From: Hypanus sabinus
Taxonomy: Eukaryota
Length of the DNA stretch: 64,000 nucleotides
Reading direction: 5' to 3'
Assembly: GCF_030144855.1 (NCBI RefSeq)
Contig: NC_082710.1
Span: forward strand, 153,140,001-153,204,000
Under the pieces are notes generated by a model, which was not told where the DNA came from, did not search any database, and saw nothing but the letters and a program-made list of their open reading frames with translations. Below, in pieces: positions 52,901 through 64,000 of the stretch; position 1 is the first letter of the stretch; every line of letters starts with the position of its first letter. The position numbers and the translations under genes are program-made.

Positions 52901-55900
52901 ATGGCAATGTTTTCAAACGTACAGTGAAAAGCATTCGAATTGGTTACATCACAGCTGGTAGGTAAACGCTAAAGCCCTGAAAGACAAAAGGCTGAGGGGG
53001 TGGTGGACTCAGCCAGTCCCATCACAGGTACAGCTCTCCGCGTCGTTCAGGACATCTGCTGAAGGCAATATCCCAGGAAGACAACATCCATCATCTGGAA
53101 CCACACCCTCCCTATCACCCAGGACAGACCCTCATCTTGATGCTCCCACCAGGAAGGAGAGACAGAGGCCTAAGGCGAGCACTGTGAGGGTCAAGTTTTT
53201 TTTTACTTTTACAGTGCATTCAACACGATCCGCCCTGCTCTGCTGGGTGAGAAGCTGACAGTGATGCAGGTGGATGCTTCCCTGGTGTCATGGATTATTG
53301 ATTTCCTGACTGGCAGACCACAGTGCATGTGCTTGCAACACTGTGTGTTAGACAGGGTGATCAGCAGCACTGGGGCTCCACAGGGCACTGTCCTGTCTCC
53401 GTTTCTCTTCACCATCTACACCTCGGACTTCAACTACAACACAGAGTCTGGCCATCTTCAGAAGTTTTCTGATGACTCTGCCATAGTTGGATGCATCAGC
53501 AAGGAAGATGCGGCTGAGCACAGGGCTAAGGTGGGAAACTTTGTCACATGGTGCGAGCAGAATCATCTGCAGCTTAATGTGAAAAAGACTAAGGAGCTGA
53601 TGGTGGACCTGAGGAGGGCTAAGGCACTGGTGACCCCTGTTTCCATCTAAGGGGTCAGTGTGGACATGGTGGAGGATTACAAATACATGGGGATATGTAT
53701 CGACAATAAACTGGACTGGTCAAAGAACACTGAGGCTGTCTACAAGAAGGGTCAGAGCCGTCTCTATTTCCTGAGGAGACTGAGGTCCTTTATCATCTGC
53801 CGGATGATGCTGAGGATGTTCTACGAATCTGTGGTGGCCAGTGCTATCATGTTTGCTGTTGTGTGCTGGGGCAGCAGGCTGAGGGTAGCAGACACCAACA
53901 GAATCAACAAACTCATTCGTAAGGCCAGTGATGTTGTTGGGGTGGAACTGGACTCTATGACGGTGGTGTCTGAAAAGAGGATGCTGTCCAAGTTGCATGC
54001 CATCTTGGACAATGACTCCCATCCACTCCATAATGTACTGGTTAGGCACAGGAGTACATTCAGCCAGAGACTCATTCCACCGAGATGCAACACTGAGCAT
54101 CATAGGAAGTCATTCCTGCCTGTGGCCATCAAACTTTACAACTCCTCCCTCGGAGTGTCAGACACCCTGAGCCAATAGGCTGGTCCTGGACTGGTTTCCA
54201 CTTGGCATGATAAACTTATTATTATTTAATTATTTATGGTTTTATATTGCTATATTTCTACACTGTTCTTTGTTGGTGCGACTGTAATGAAACCCAATTT
54301 CCCTTGGGATCAATAAAGTATGTCTGTCTGTCTGTCTGTCTAAGGACCCACACCTCAGGTTCTGACAAGAGTTCCATGTCCAATACCAACTGGTTCTTTA
54401 ACCAACCAGAAAAACATTAACATGACCCTAGATTATATTTTCTCTCTTAATCTTGCACAAATATTGTCACATTTATTTTGTTGTATATTTTGCACATGTG
54501 CAGGTTGTGTATATTTATTTAAAATTGACTCCATGCTAACATGTCCTGTAATACAGACTTCTGCTGCTGCAAAACAGTAATTTTATGGCATTTGTACCCT
54601 GTGTACGTAAGCCTATGATCAGAAATAAACTTGAGCTTGAACATATGCAGAGTGCACAGTACAGAGATCATGTTGAAACACTGTGCATACAAAGCAGGGG
54701 GCACATCGAAGGACTCTGTCAATATGTGGGACAGAGCAGGAGCTCAGTGAGAATCTGCGCTGTACAGTCTGCGCTGAACCAGGTCCACTGCAGAGTTACG
54801 GTGGAGAATTGTGAAAGCAACGTGTTTGTATTCAGTGTCAATAAGCACAGAGTGTGCACCACAGCAGGTCTGGTCGCTCTGTGATGGTGAGGCTTTGGAG
54901 AAGGTGCAGAAGATGCTTACCAGATGCTGCCTGCATTGAACAGCATGTGCTATAACAAGAGATTGGACCAACTTGGGCTGTTCTCTGTTTTAAAGTTGAC
55001 AGCTGGTATCATGTTTCCCTCAGGATTAGATCAGTTTGGGATTTGATTATCAATATAATTAGTTCAGCAGAACTTTGTGGGCCAAAGGGCCTATTCCTGT
55101 GCTGTTGTGTTCTATGTTCTAATGCACGGAGTCCCAGCACCGAATTAGATCTGGAAAGTGTCACTGTGGCAGGTGACTAGGTAAGCCATGGACATCTTAG
55201 TTCCAAGCCATCTGAGACATTCCCAAGTCTGGAACTGGGGAGTAGGCTGAGGATTGGGGTTAGAGCCAGACAAGGCCTGTGTGGACAGTGGGTTTGATTT
55301 TCACTGTTTCTCTGAAGAGGTCAGTGGGGAATGAAGACTGGATAATCAGCTTATTTTCAAGGGTCAGAACTTAGCCAGATGATTAGGATGGAATTCTTGT
55401 AATTGGAGTTAAGGAAGGTAGAGAGCAGAATGGAGATTTGAGAGATTAGAAAGAGTGAAGGACTTTAAACTTGATACAACAAAATCAGATCCAATATAAG
55501 ATCAAGATATTAGCAATATGCAAGTCACTGTGATACTCAAAGGGCAGATACTCAAAGACACTCACTAAAGAGTGAGGTGAATTGCTGCAGATGTGACGAG
55601 AGGAACTCATGAAGGCTGTCGGTTATTTCTTTCTGTTCTTTCTGGTAGTCAGTCAATAAGCCATCTGCAATCCACTGGCGCTTGATTTCTACTTCACGGA
55701 GGGTGCTGTCATAGTAGTCAATCTGCAAGTCATCCAACATCCCAATCCTGAAGAAGGCTGGCAGTTCAGTAATGTTGATGGATTGGAGGTAGAAATACAT
55801 CAAGCTGTGTGAGCCTGAGTAAAATGAGAGAGAGAGAGAAAGAGAGAGAGAAGTGTCAGAAAACAACAAAGGATGTTCACAATTTCTAAGGCATAACTCG

Positions 55901-58900
55901 GAAGTTTGATGGCATACTCACCACTTGAATAGATTAATACACATTCAAGCAGACATCCGACCAGATCAGGCAGCCCCCCCCCCCCCTATTAGCTCCCCAA
56001 ACATGAACAACAAACACTACTAAAACATGCTTCACTGCTCTGGCTGTGTACAAAATCCTAAGCAGATACTCAGCGAAGCCAATCCAACAGAACAACCCAA
56101 ACCCCAGCACAAAGGAGGTCAAGGGCAGCAGGCAAACAGGAGCCCCAACACCCACTATAGGGTTGCTTCTAATTCAGAGGCAAACATACTGGAATATGTG
56201 TCCACCATGATAGAGAGGAAGCCAAAGTTCAAGGAGAAGCAAAAGAAATTTCCGGGGCACCAGTTTAGAAATTCTCATCATCACAGCAAAGGTGACAGAG
56301 AAAGAGGACAGAAAATTGGTCATGGAGTCCCACAAGAGGCAGAGTGGGAGGATTAAAAGTAAAGATAGTTGTGTGAGTCTGTAGGTGGATCAGACATTTG
56401 TGAGTGCACTGAGGGTAGGAAAGACTTAGATATGCCCTGTATGAAGAGGAGAACAGGCTAGGAATTGGGAGCATCGAAAATGACAATTTCCAGTTCGGTC
56501 TGAGTGCAGGGAGCAGCACCAATACAGTGATCAATGTAAAAGGAAAGGAGCTGAGTGAGGGAGCCCAAGTGGGATTGAAACTTAGCACTCATTTCAAGAG
56601 GACTAGAATATAAAAGCAAAGGTGTAATGTTTGACTTCATAAAGCACTGGTGAGGCCTCATGTAGAGTATTGTAAGCAGTTTTGGAGCCCGTATCTTGGG
56701 AAGGATGTGCTGAAACTGGAGAGGGTTCAAAGAAGGTTCATCAAAATGATTCCAGGATTGAAAGGTTTGTCACATAAAGAGCATTTGATGTTTCTAGGCC
56801 TCTATTCACTAGAATTCAGAAGAATGAGGTGGGACCAAATTGAAGCCTGTCAAATGGTGAAAGCCCTTGACAGAGTGAATGTGGATAAGATGTTTTCAAT
56901 GGGGGGAGAGTCTAAGACCAGATAACAGTCTCAGAATAGAGGGGTGTCCTTTCAGAACAGAGATGAGGAGGAATTTCTTTAGTCAGGGAGTGGTGAATCT
57001 GTGGGATTCTTTGCCACAGGCAACTTAGCAGCAGTGGAGTCCAAGCCATTATGTATATTTAAGGCAGAGTTGATAGATTCTTGATTGGTCAGGACATGAA
57101 GGGATACAGGGAGAAGGCAACATATTGGAGCCGAGAGTAAAATTGACGTAGCAGAGCAGACTTGATAGACCAAATAGCCTAGTCTGCTCCTATATCTTAT
57201 GGTTTTATGGTACAACACTGTCACAGGTATCCAAGTGCAGAAGAGATATTCCAGAATGCTTCCTGGATTAGAGGACATAAGAATTGAATTAAATTGAATT
57301 GACTTTATTACTTACATCCTTCATATACAAGAGGAGTAAAAATCTTTGTCTCTGTTCAAGTGTGCAATGTACAATTATAATTATTTATTATAAATATTAT
57401 GTACAACAGGATAGTCAATATAACAGAAATACAGTTGTGTCTGCATGAACTAAGCAGTCTGTTGGTCTGGTGAAAGAAGCTGTCCTGGCTCTCATACTGT
57501 GGTACCATTTTCCAGATGATAGCAGCTGGAACAGTTGTAGTTGGGGTGATCCGTGTCTCCAATGATCCTTTGGGCCCATTTTACACACCTGTCCTTGTAA
57601 ATATCCTGAATAGTGGGAAGCCCACATCTACAGATTTGCTGGGCTGTCCGCATCACTCTCTGCAGAGTCCTGTGATTAAAGGACGTATAATTCCCATACC
57701 AGGCTGTGATGCAGCCAGTCAGGATGCTCTCAATCGTGCCTCTATAGAAAATTCTTAGAATTTGGAGGGGGCCATACCAAAGTCCTTCAACCATCTGAGG
57801 TGAAAGAGATGCTGTTGTGCCTTTTTCACCACACAGCCAGTTCATAAAAACCACGTGAGGTCCTTGGTGATGTGTATGCAGAGGAGAAGTTGTTCTCTGG
57901 AGTAGCAGAGACTGAGGGAAGATTTCATAGATGCTTATAAGATTACAAGACCATCCCAGGGTCAAAATATCTAACACTACAGGGCATATACTTAAAGCAA
58001 AAGGGAATAAGTTCAGAGGATATTTGTAGGGCAATGTTTATTTTACACAGAGTGGTCAGTGATGAAATCAGCCGTGAAGGCTGGTGGTGGAAGCAAATAC
58101 CACAGAGGTATCTAAGAAACACTTAGAAAGGCTCAGGAATTGCAGAGAATGGAAGGATTTGGACATTGGCAGAAGGGTTTAGATTAGTTAGGCATTTAGT
58201 TACTGGTTTAATTAATTTGGCACAACATCTTGGGCTGAAGGGCATATCCCTATTCTGCACCGCCCGGTGCTGTAATCCCAGAGAAAGATATCATAGGATT
58301 CTCCTGGTTGCTCTGAATTCCTCCCACACCCCAAAGATGGGTGGATTGGTGGGCTAATTGGTTGCTGTAACTCACCCTAAGATGTGTGTGAGTGGTCGAA
58401 TCTGGGAAGGTGTTGATGCGAATGAGGGAAGAATAAGTTTAGATGAGTGTAAAGGGGTGGTTGATGGACCCAAGATGACTGTACTGACTCTGCAGAAGAA
58501 TCACTTTCTTTAAAATCTTGATATTACTGACTAGCTGCATCATAACCTGATACAGAAACTACAATACACAGAAGACAAGAGCTGCAGAGAATGGTGGACG
58601 CTACCTGATCCACCACGGGCACATCCTTCCCCAACACTAGCAGTATCTACAGGAGGCACTGCCTCAAGAAGGCAGCATCTACCATCAAGGATTCTCACCA
58701 TCTACATCATGTTCTTCAACCAACCTGCGCAATCCTAACCCTACATCAGCAATGCAACACTACAGACTGCCTCTTGCACCTTTAAGACCATAAGACATAG
58801 GAGCAGATTTAGGCTATTCAGCCCATTGAGTCTTTCCCGCATTTCATTTTGGCTGAATCCGGATCTCACACAACCCCATACACCTGCATTCTCGTCATAT

Positions 58901-61900
58901 CTGACCATCAGGAAATGATCAACTTCCGCCTTAAATATATGCACAGACTTAAGAGTCTGTGGCAGAGCATTCCACAGATTTAATGCTCTCTGGCTGTACA
59001 TTAAAAAAAATACTCCTCCTTACCATTGTTCTAAAGGGACACCCCTCAATTTTGAGGCTGTGCCCTAGTTCTAGATACTCCCACCGTAGGAAACATTCTC
59101 TCCACATTCACCCCAACAAGGCCTTTCAACATTCAGTAGGTTTTAATGAGATCACCCCACATTTTTCTAAACTCCAGTGAGTACCTGGGCAAGCTCCTCT
59201 CTCATGCCTCTGTAATTCCCTTTATTCCATTACAATACTGATACATGTGACTTATGCTTCTCCCTCTCAAACTACAGTAAGAATTCAATCATATTTTGAT
59301 CACTGTCTCCTAAGGAATCCTTTATGTTAAGCTCTCTGATAAGATCTGGGTTATTACAGCATATCTGTAGATGTGAACTTCCCACTATTCAGGACATTTA
59401 CAAAGACTGATGTGTAAAAAAGGCCCGAAGGATCTTTAGGGACCTGAGTCACCCCAACCACAAAATGTTCCAGCTGCTACCATCTGGAAAATGGCACCAC
59501 AACATAAAAGCCAGGGCCAAGAGGGACAGCTTCTTTCACTAGGCCATCAGACTGCTTAATTCATGCCTACACAACTGAATTTCTATGTTATATTGCCTAT
59601 CTTGTTGTACATACTATTTATGATAAATTACTATAAATTAAACATTGCACATTTAGATGGAGATGTAACATAAAGATGATGAAGGATGTAATTAATAAAG
59701 TCAATTCAATTCAATACACGTCACCCAATCTATGATAGCCTTTCCCTGAGTAGGCTCAAGCACAAGTATTCTCTGACCCTATGTCACCCTTTTCTAGAGA
59801 TGTAATTCCAACTCTTACCAACAGAGTCACACCACTGCCTATGCCATTTTGCCTGTCCTTTCGATACAAAGTATATCCCTTGACATTAAGCTCCCAACTT
59901 CGGCCTTTTTTCAGCCACAGCTCCGTGATCCCCACAATGTCATTGAGACCAATCTCTAATTGCGCCACGAGTTCATCCACCTTATTACAAATGCAACACC
60001 TTCAGTGCTGCGTTCTTCACCCTTTTGAATTTTGCCTCTGTGGTATAATTTAACTCCTTGTTCTGTCCGCAATTGTACCCAATCATTGTCTTGTCCTTCC
60101 TTACATTCATGTTACACCAATCATCTTCTTGTAAACCTGCTGGCTCATCCTCAGCTCCATCATCCTGGTTTCCATCCCCCTGCCATATTCATTTAAACCA
60201 TTCCCAAAAGCTCTAGAAAATTTACCTGCAAGAATATTGGTCCCCCTTGAATTCAAATGCAACGTGACCTTTTTCTACAGGTCTCACCTGCCCCAGAAGA
60301 GGGCCCAATTATCCAGAAATCTGAATCCCTCTCCCCTGCTCCAATTCTTCAGCCAGACATTTACCTGCCACCTCATTCTATTCCTATCCTCATTGTCATG
60401 TGGAACAGGCAGCAACCCTGAGATTACTCCTCTTGAGGACCTGCTATCTTCTTAACTCCCTATATTCTTTTTACAGGACCTCGTCCCTTTTCCTTCCTAT
60501 ATCATTGATACCAATATGTACCACGGCTTCTCTCTGCTCACCCTCCCTTTTCAGGGTATTGTGGACGCATCCAGAAATGTCTCGGACCCTGGCACCTGGG
60601 AGCCAAACTACCATCTGTGTTTCCCTTTTGCATCTACAGAATCACCCATCTGTCACCTTGCCTACAGAATCTCCTATTACTGCAGACATCCTCTTCAGTT
60701 CCCGACCCTTCTGATCCACAGGGCCAGACTCAGTGCCAGAGGCACAACCACTGTTGCTTCCCCACGTACTGTTGCAGCTGGGCATCTCTGATAGTGTTTT
60801 ATTTGCTCTGATGTCTCAGTCTGCAGTTGTTTTTGTTCATTGACTTTGTGTATTGTCATTCTGTGTTTTCCCTGAATATGCCTGCTTGTAATGCTGTTGC
60901 AAGCAAGATTTGCATTTTATCTATATCTAGCCATTCTTATGCATATGGAAATGAATTTGACTGAACATAACCTAAAATCTGCCTGAACATCCTAAATTCC
61001 CTGCTACCTAAGGTAACTGAAACTGAGCAATATTGTTCTTTGTGATTTATTGCTCCTATTTCTTCTGCTTCCTTTTTCATCATATTTCTGTAAGCAGCCA
61101 GTGCAGGCACAGAACACTGTCCCATAGTCTGCCATGTGTAAACATACTGACTAACCACCCCAACACCAGAGATTTGATAAACTCGCCACTCATGTCCAGT
61201 GCCAATTGCCTCCACTTCCTGCAGCATCATTCGCCATGAGCGGTGTTAACCTGGCGATTCACTTGAGAGAGGCCTTTTATCAAACCTCCCAGAAGTCGTT
61301 GTACATAACATGCATCGATGTTCTCTCAGTCTATGACCACAGCAATCACCAAAAACTTAGAGCCAACTCTTGATGCATTTTGAAAATAGGAAGAAAAACT
61401 TCTGACAACAGTCAACAGGTCAGGCAGTATCTGGGGGAAAGAGGAACTGTTAATGTCTCAAGTTAAAGACGGAAAGCTCCGCAGTTCCAATAGCATGCAA
61501 GGACAGAGAAATAAAACTAATGTTTAAGGGCCAAGATGCAAACTTGCAACAGTTGGGGTAGCATCTGTTGAGAGACAAACAATAAATGTTTCAGATTCGG
61601 GAGCCTGAGTCAGAACTTGGAATGAGAGAAATCAAGTTAGTTTTTGTTAGCAGAGAAGTCATTCACACATAAGGCGCAAAAAGCGGCCACTCGGACCGCT
61701 ATGTGGGCGCAGACCCTTAAGGAATGGGTAGAACAGGGTTATTTCTATGGTATTGTAAAACAGACTGCAACTTGGCAGTTAAGGGATAGTTAAACTCATA
61801 TTAATTACTTTAATGTGATGCCTCTGTTAAGATTGTGGGACTTTCCTCTTTGGAAACTGGCGACAATTCCTACCCACCGGTGAAACATATTCAAGGATCA

Positions 61901-62148
61901 TTTTGCCCCGAGTTTATCGACTCCAGAAATGTCGCAAGAGTGAAATAGAACACAGGAGTGCGATGAGTTCGTCTTCCCGTCTAATGCAGCCACAGCCAGG
62001 AACTCTGAAAGATTTAAAGGTGAGTTTCCCGACACAACCCCCGACCATCGCCGTCACATACCCTCGCCTCACCTGTCTGGCTTCCCGCGACAGAGCAGAG
62101 AGAGAACGCGGTGACAAGGAGCGACACCGGTCCGGTCCAACTCTCCAT
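37838..62148 (-). CDS. Non-classical MHC class I-like heavy chain gene, 5 coding exons (62148-62073, 55814-55566, 52588-52328, 45595-45320, 37914-37838), predicted 312 aa; lineage not assigned
   Basis: All exons are bounded by AG/GT, every intron is phase 1 as in MHC class I genes, and the spliced frame (76+249+261+276+77=939 nt) is open. Domain order is leader-alpha1-alpha2-alpha3-hydrophobic C-terminus. Exon 5 is less certain than exons 1-4. Confidence 0.88.
38310..39181 (-). mobile_element. I/Nimb-clade LINE RNase H fragment
   Basis: [16 protein letters not shown]...[20 protein letters not shown]; (gaa)n tail near 38310-38330. Confidence 0.75.
39182..43723 (+). mobile_element. Decayed Gypsy chromovirus-like LTR retrotransposon (LTRs 39182-39559 and 43335 to about 43720; gag, protease, RNase H, integrase, chromodomain; RT missing)
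   Basis: TG...CA LTR pair, purine tract before the 3' LTR; [15 protein letters not shown] (gag), LIDSGAEGN (protease), TDHKNLEY (RNase H), [14 protein letters not shown] and HPQTNGQTE (integrase), QYLVNWEGY (chromodomain). Confidence 0.9.
40734..41544 (-). mobile_element. Rex1-type LINE 3' part nested in the Gypsy pol region
   Basis: (GATA)n tail at 40734; [13 protein letters not shown]...RLYFLRRL and [10 protein letters not shown] motifs. Confidence 0.85.
45320..45595 (-). CDS. MHC class I-like exon 4, alpha3 Ig C1-set domain (VAPEAQVS...[21 protein letters not shown]...[10 protein letters not shown])
   Basis: Acceptor ttcttccccag|TTGCT, donor GGAG|GTAGGT; 276 nt; C1 motifs LxC, FYP, WLKNG, YxCxVxHxSL. 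Confidence 0.95.
46180..48980 (+). mobile_element. Decayed CR1 LINE (ORF1, APE, partial RT)
   Basis: VHIGTND (esterase), [36 protein letters not shown]. Confidence 0.8.
49000..51570 (+). mobile_element. Second decayed, internally deleted CR1 plus a CR1 3' end
   Basis: LYLNASS...ITELWLQG...GGGVAL; [18 protein letters not shown]; CR1-type 3' UTR at 51280-51570. Confidence 0.75.
52045..52170. repeat. Degenerate ~24-bp tandem repeat (cagattgggagcttcctctctgtcc-like), 4-5 units, in intron 3
   Basis: Recurring agattggga / agatcagga ... ttcct units. Confidence 0.45.
52328..52588 (-). CDS. MHC class I-like exon 3, alpha2 domain ([11 protein letters not shown]...[20 protein letters not shown])
   Basis: Acceptor gctttacag|GCTTC, donor CAAG|GTAAGG; 261 nt; conserved Q-x-x-x-GC (Q96/C101) and C164...GKETxER C-terminal motif. 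Confidence 0.92.
53205..54341 (+). mobile_element. 5'-truncated Rex1 LINE, relatively young (one stop splits the RT)
   Basis: [32 protein letters not shown]; AATAAA followed by a (TGTC)n tail. Confidence 0.88.
55566..55814 (-). CDS. MHC class I-like exon 2, alpha1 domain (GSHSLMYFY...LQQFTSLF)
   Basis: Acceptor after a (CT)n tract (ttttactcag|GCTCAC), donor TTTA|GTGAGT; 249 nt; class I motifs GSHSLxYFY, G-x-LDD, YYDS, QW. Confidence 0.93.
56400..57230 (+). mobile_element. CR1 3' fragment
   Basis: [15 protein letters not shown]...LERVQRRF motif in ORF 56650-56925. Confidence 0.75.
57280..57890 (-). mobile_element. Rex1-type LINE 3' fragment
   Basis: [19 protein letters not shown] in ORF 57492-58034; (TTGAA)-like tail at 57280-57300. 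Confidence 0.7.
59740..60780 (-). mobile_element. CR1 ORF1/APE fragment
   Basis: [10 protein letters not shown]...VGITELWL...YRKDRQ in ORF 59756-59980. Confidence 0.65.
62073..62148 (-). CDS. MHC class I-like exon 1, signal peptide [25 protein letters not shown](G)
   Basis: ATG at 62148 in context gcaATGG, hydrophobic leader, donor CAG|GTGAGG at 62072, phase 1, joins in frame to GSHSL of exon 2; lies in CpG-rich sequence; a homologous copy exists at 25478. Confidence 0.85.
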
Positions 62149-62560
62149 TGCGACGACTCCTCGCATCGACTGAACCCTGATCGTTAGTCAGTGAAGTGCT
62201 GAGGGTGGAGTTAGACTCACAGACGCGGATTGAGGTAAACAGGGTTATTACAGGTGCAGCCAATAGCTGAAAATCCTTCTTCAGAAATGGACTGTGGACG
62301 CAGCGGAGAGTCGACTGATCGCGCGAGGAAGCGGAGCCAAACCGCTTCCAGCAGAGTTGCATCAAATCCAACGAGCGGAGATTTCAGGAACCTCGAGGGA
62401 AACCTCAAAGCCCGAGGGAAGCTGCTCAGCACAAACCTTCACCAGTCACTGGGTAAAACAAAACTTCTAGAGGAAATCGGCGGGCCAGGCGGCAGATGTG
62501 AAGGGAAAAGCTGGTTAACACAAAATGTCCACTGTCCATGTCCCTCCACAGCTGCGGCCA
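62149..62560 (-). promoter_or_regulatory. CpG-rich promoter/5' UTR of the class I-like gene with an inverted CCAAT (Y-box-like) motif at 62260-62264
   Basis: Directly upstream of the leader ATG; ctATTGGctg on the minus strand about 110 bp upstream of the ATG; blockwise homology with 24800-25477. Confidence 0.55.
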
Positions 62561-62732
62561 GACCCGCTGATTCATAGTCATACTTCATGAAACAGGACTG
62601 AATGGGGAATGATCACAGAATAGGGTTCTTCCGCCATTGGACAGGGAGTGGCCAGGTTCTCTGAGAGAGCCCCTCAATTATTCTAGTAAAGTTCCCCCAC
62701 CCCAGGGTCTCCCACCATCACTGACCTTATTA

Positions 62733-64000
62733 TGTATTATGAGAGTATTCGTATGTATTGTGTATTATGAGAGTGCGTATGACGTCAGAACGCTGGTTTT
62801 GTAAAATGCAAGTCTGGTGAATAAACGTTTGTTTATTTGTTTAATATACTGCGGTGTCCGAGTCACATTAATGCTACATGGTGTCAGAAGAAAGCGAAAA
62901 GGAAAGGGAAGAGAAGACACGTAAAAAGATGTCACAGTTACAGCCACCGTCGAGTTTAAGCCTACGAGGTAATATTGCTGAGAATTGGAAGGTATGGCTC
63001 CAGCAGTTTGAGCTGTTTTGCACCACTAGTGGCGTAGATGACAAGACGGAGAAAGTGCAATGTGCTACGTTTCTGCATGTGGCTGGAGCAGAGGCAATAA
63101 AGGTTTGCAACACGTTTGTCTTCCAAGAGGGTGAGCGAGTTACAACTGAAGTGTTGAAGAAAAAGTTTCAGGATTACTGCGAGCCGAGAGAAAACCTACC
63201 GTACATTCGCCACGTTTTTTACGAGGCCTCAAGGACCGACAGAGACTATAGACGCCTACGTAACAGATTTGAAGAACAAGGAAAAAAACTGAATTCGGAC
63301 AACTACATGATTCTTTAATACGCGACAGGATTGTATGCGGCATATGGGATGATCGTGTGAGAGGCAGGCTAATGAGAGAGGCGGAGCTTACATTGGAAAA
63401 AGCGATTGATATGTGCCGTCATGTCAGGTTAAAATGCTTAATGAAGAGACTGAAGTATACAAAATAAAAGCTGTGAAAACTGACAAGAGTAGGACAAAGC
63501 CAGCTCCACAATATAATCAAAAGGAAGTTAACTGCAACAGATGTGGTTATAAACATGGATACAGAAAATGTCCAGCCTTTGGTAAGAAATGCAAATTTTG
63601 CAGAAAGAAAAATCACTTTGCAAAGATGTGCAAATCGCAGGAGCAAGCAAGGAAAATGCATGCTGTGGAACAGAGTGAGTGCAACGGTGACATGTTCATT
63701 GGAACAATTGAAGTGGAACAGGAGGTATGCATCAAGAATATTGATAATACAGAGATGGATGTTGAAGATGAATGGACTCAAGATCTGATAATAAACAGGA
63801 GGAATGTGATATTTAAGCTTGACACTGGGGTGAAGTGCAATGTAATGTCAGCAGAAACATTCTACTCACTGGACATCAAAGGAAAACTTGGAAAATCCAC
63901 CTGCAAGCTTGTTGGATATTTTGGCCACAAGACAGCATCATTGGGAAAGAAAACACTCACCTGTGTGTATAAAGGACAGAAAGGATAGAGTGTGAGATTG
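62733..64000 (+). mobile_element. Gypsy-type LTR retrotransposon 5' part (short LTR about 62733-62878, PBS 62879-62890, frameshifted gag, protease); continues beyond the window
   Basis: ...CA followed by TGGTGTCAGAAG PBS; gag GNIAENWKVW.QQF; zinc knuckles CNRCGYKH...CPAFGKKCKFCRKKNHFAKMC; KLDTG protease motif. Confidence 0.85.

Noticed and set aside
62254-62577. 107-aa plus-strand ORF at the CpG island
   Set aside because: Antisense to the class I promoter, no recognisable domain; open frames are common in GC-rich DNA.
1-64000. rRNA, tRNA genes, CRISPR arrays or prokaryotic systems
   Set aside because: None seen; the sequence is intron-containing vertebrate DNA dominated by retroelement debris.

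Overview
Vertebrate genomic DNA, very rich in retroelements; the repeat families (CR1 with catagaaa tails, Rex1-type, I/Nimb with RNase H, Gypsy, shark-type SINEs) suggest a cartilaginous fish, probably a ray (inference). The main host gene is an intact, highly divergent non-classical MHC class I-like gene on the minus strand, which I assembled by hand from phase-1 GT-AG exons: leader 62148-62073, alpha1 55814-55566, alpha2 52588-52328, alpha3 (Ig C1) 45595-45320, and a candidate terminal exon 37914-37802. The joined frame is 939 nt (312 aa + stop). The protein lacks most peptide-anchoring residues and the N86 glycan, has an extra Cys pair in alpha2, and appears to end at a stop directly after a hydrophobic segment (...[20 protein letters not shown]), which resembles a GPI-anchor signal with no cytoplasmic tail. 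Two plus-strand paralogous pieces indicate a small gene cluster: a second terminal exon (17501-17613, same stop) and a decayed promoter plus leader exon (25478-25545). The first 17 kb is a tandem segmental duplication with a 676-bp perfectly identical tract and filled/empty transposon sites. There is a 131-N assembly gap at 29003-29133. Element family names come from motif recognition, not database searches, and many repeat boundaries are approximate.
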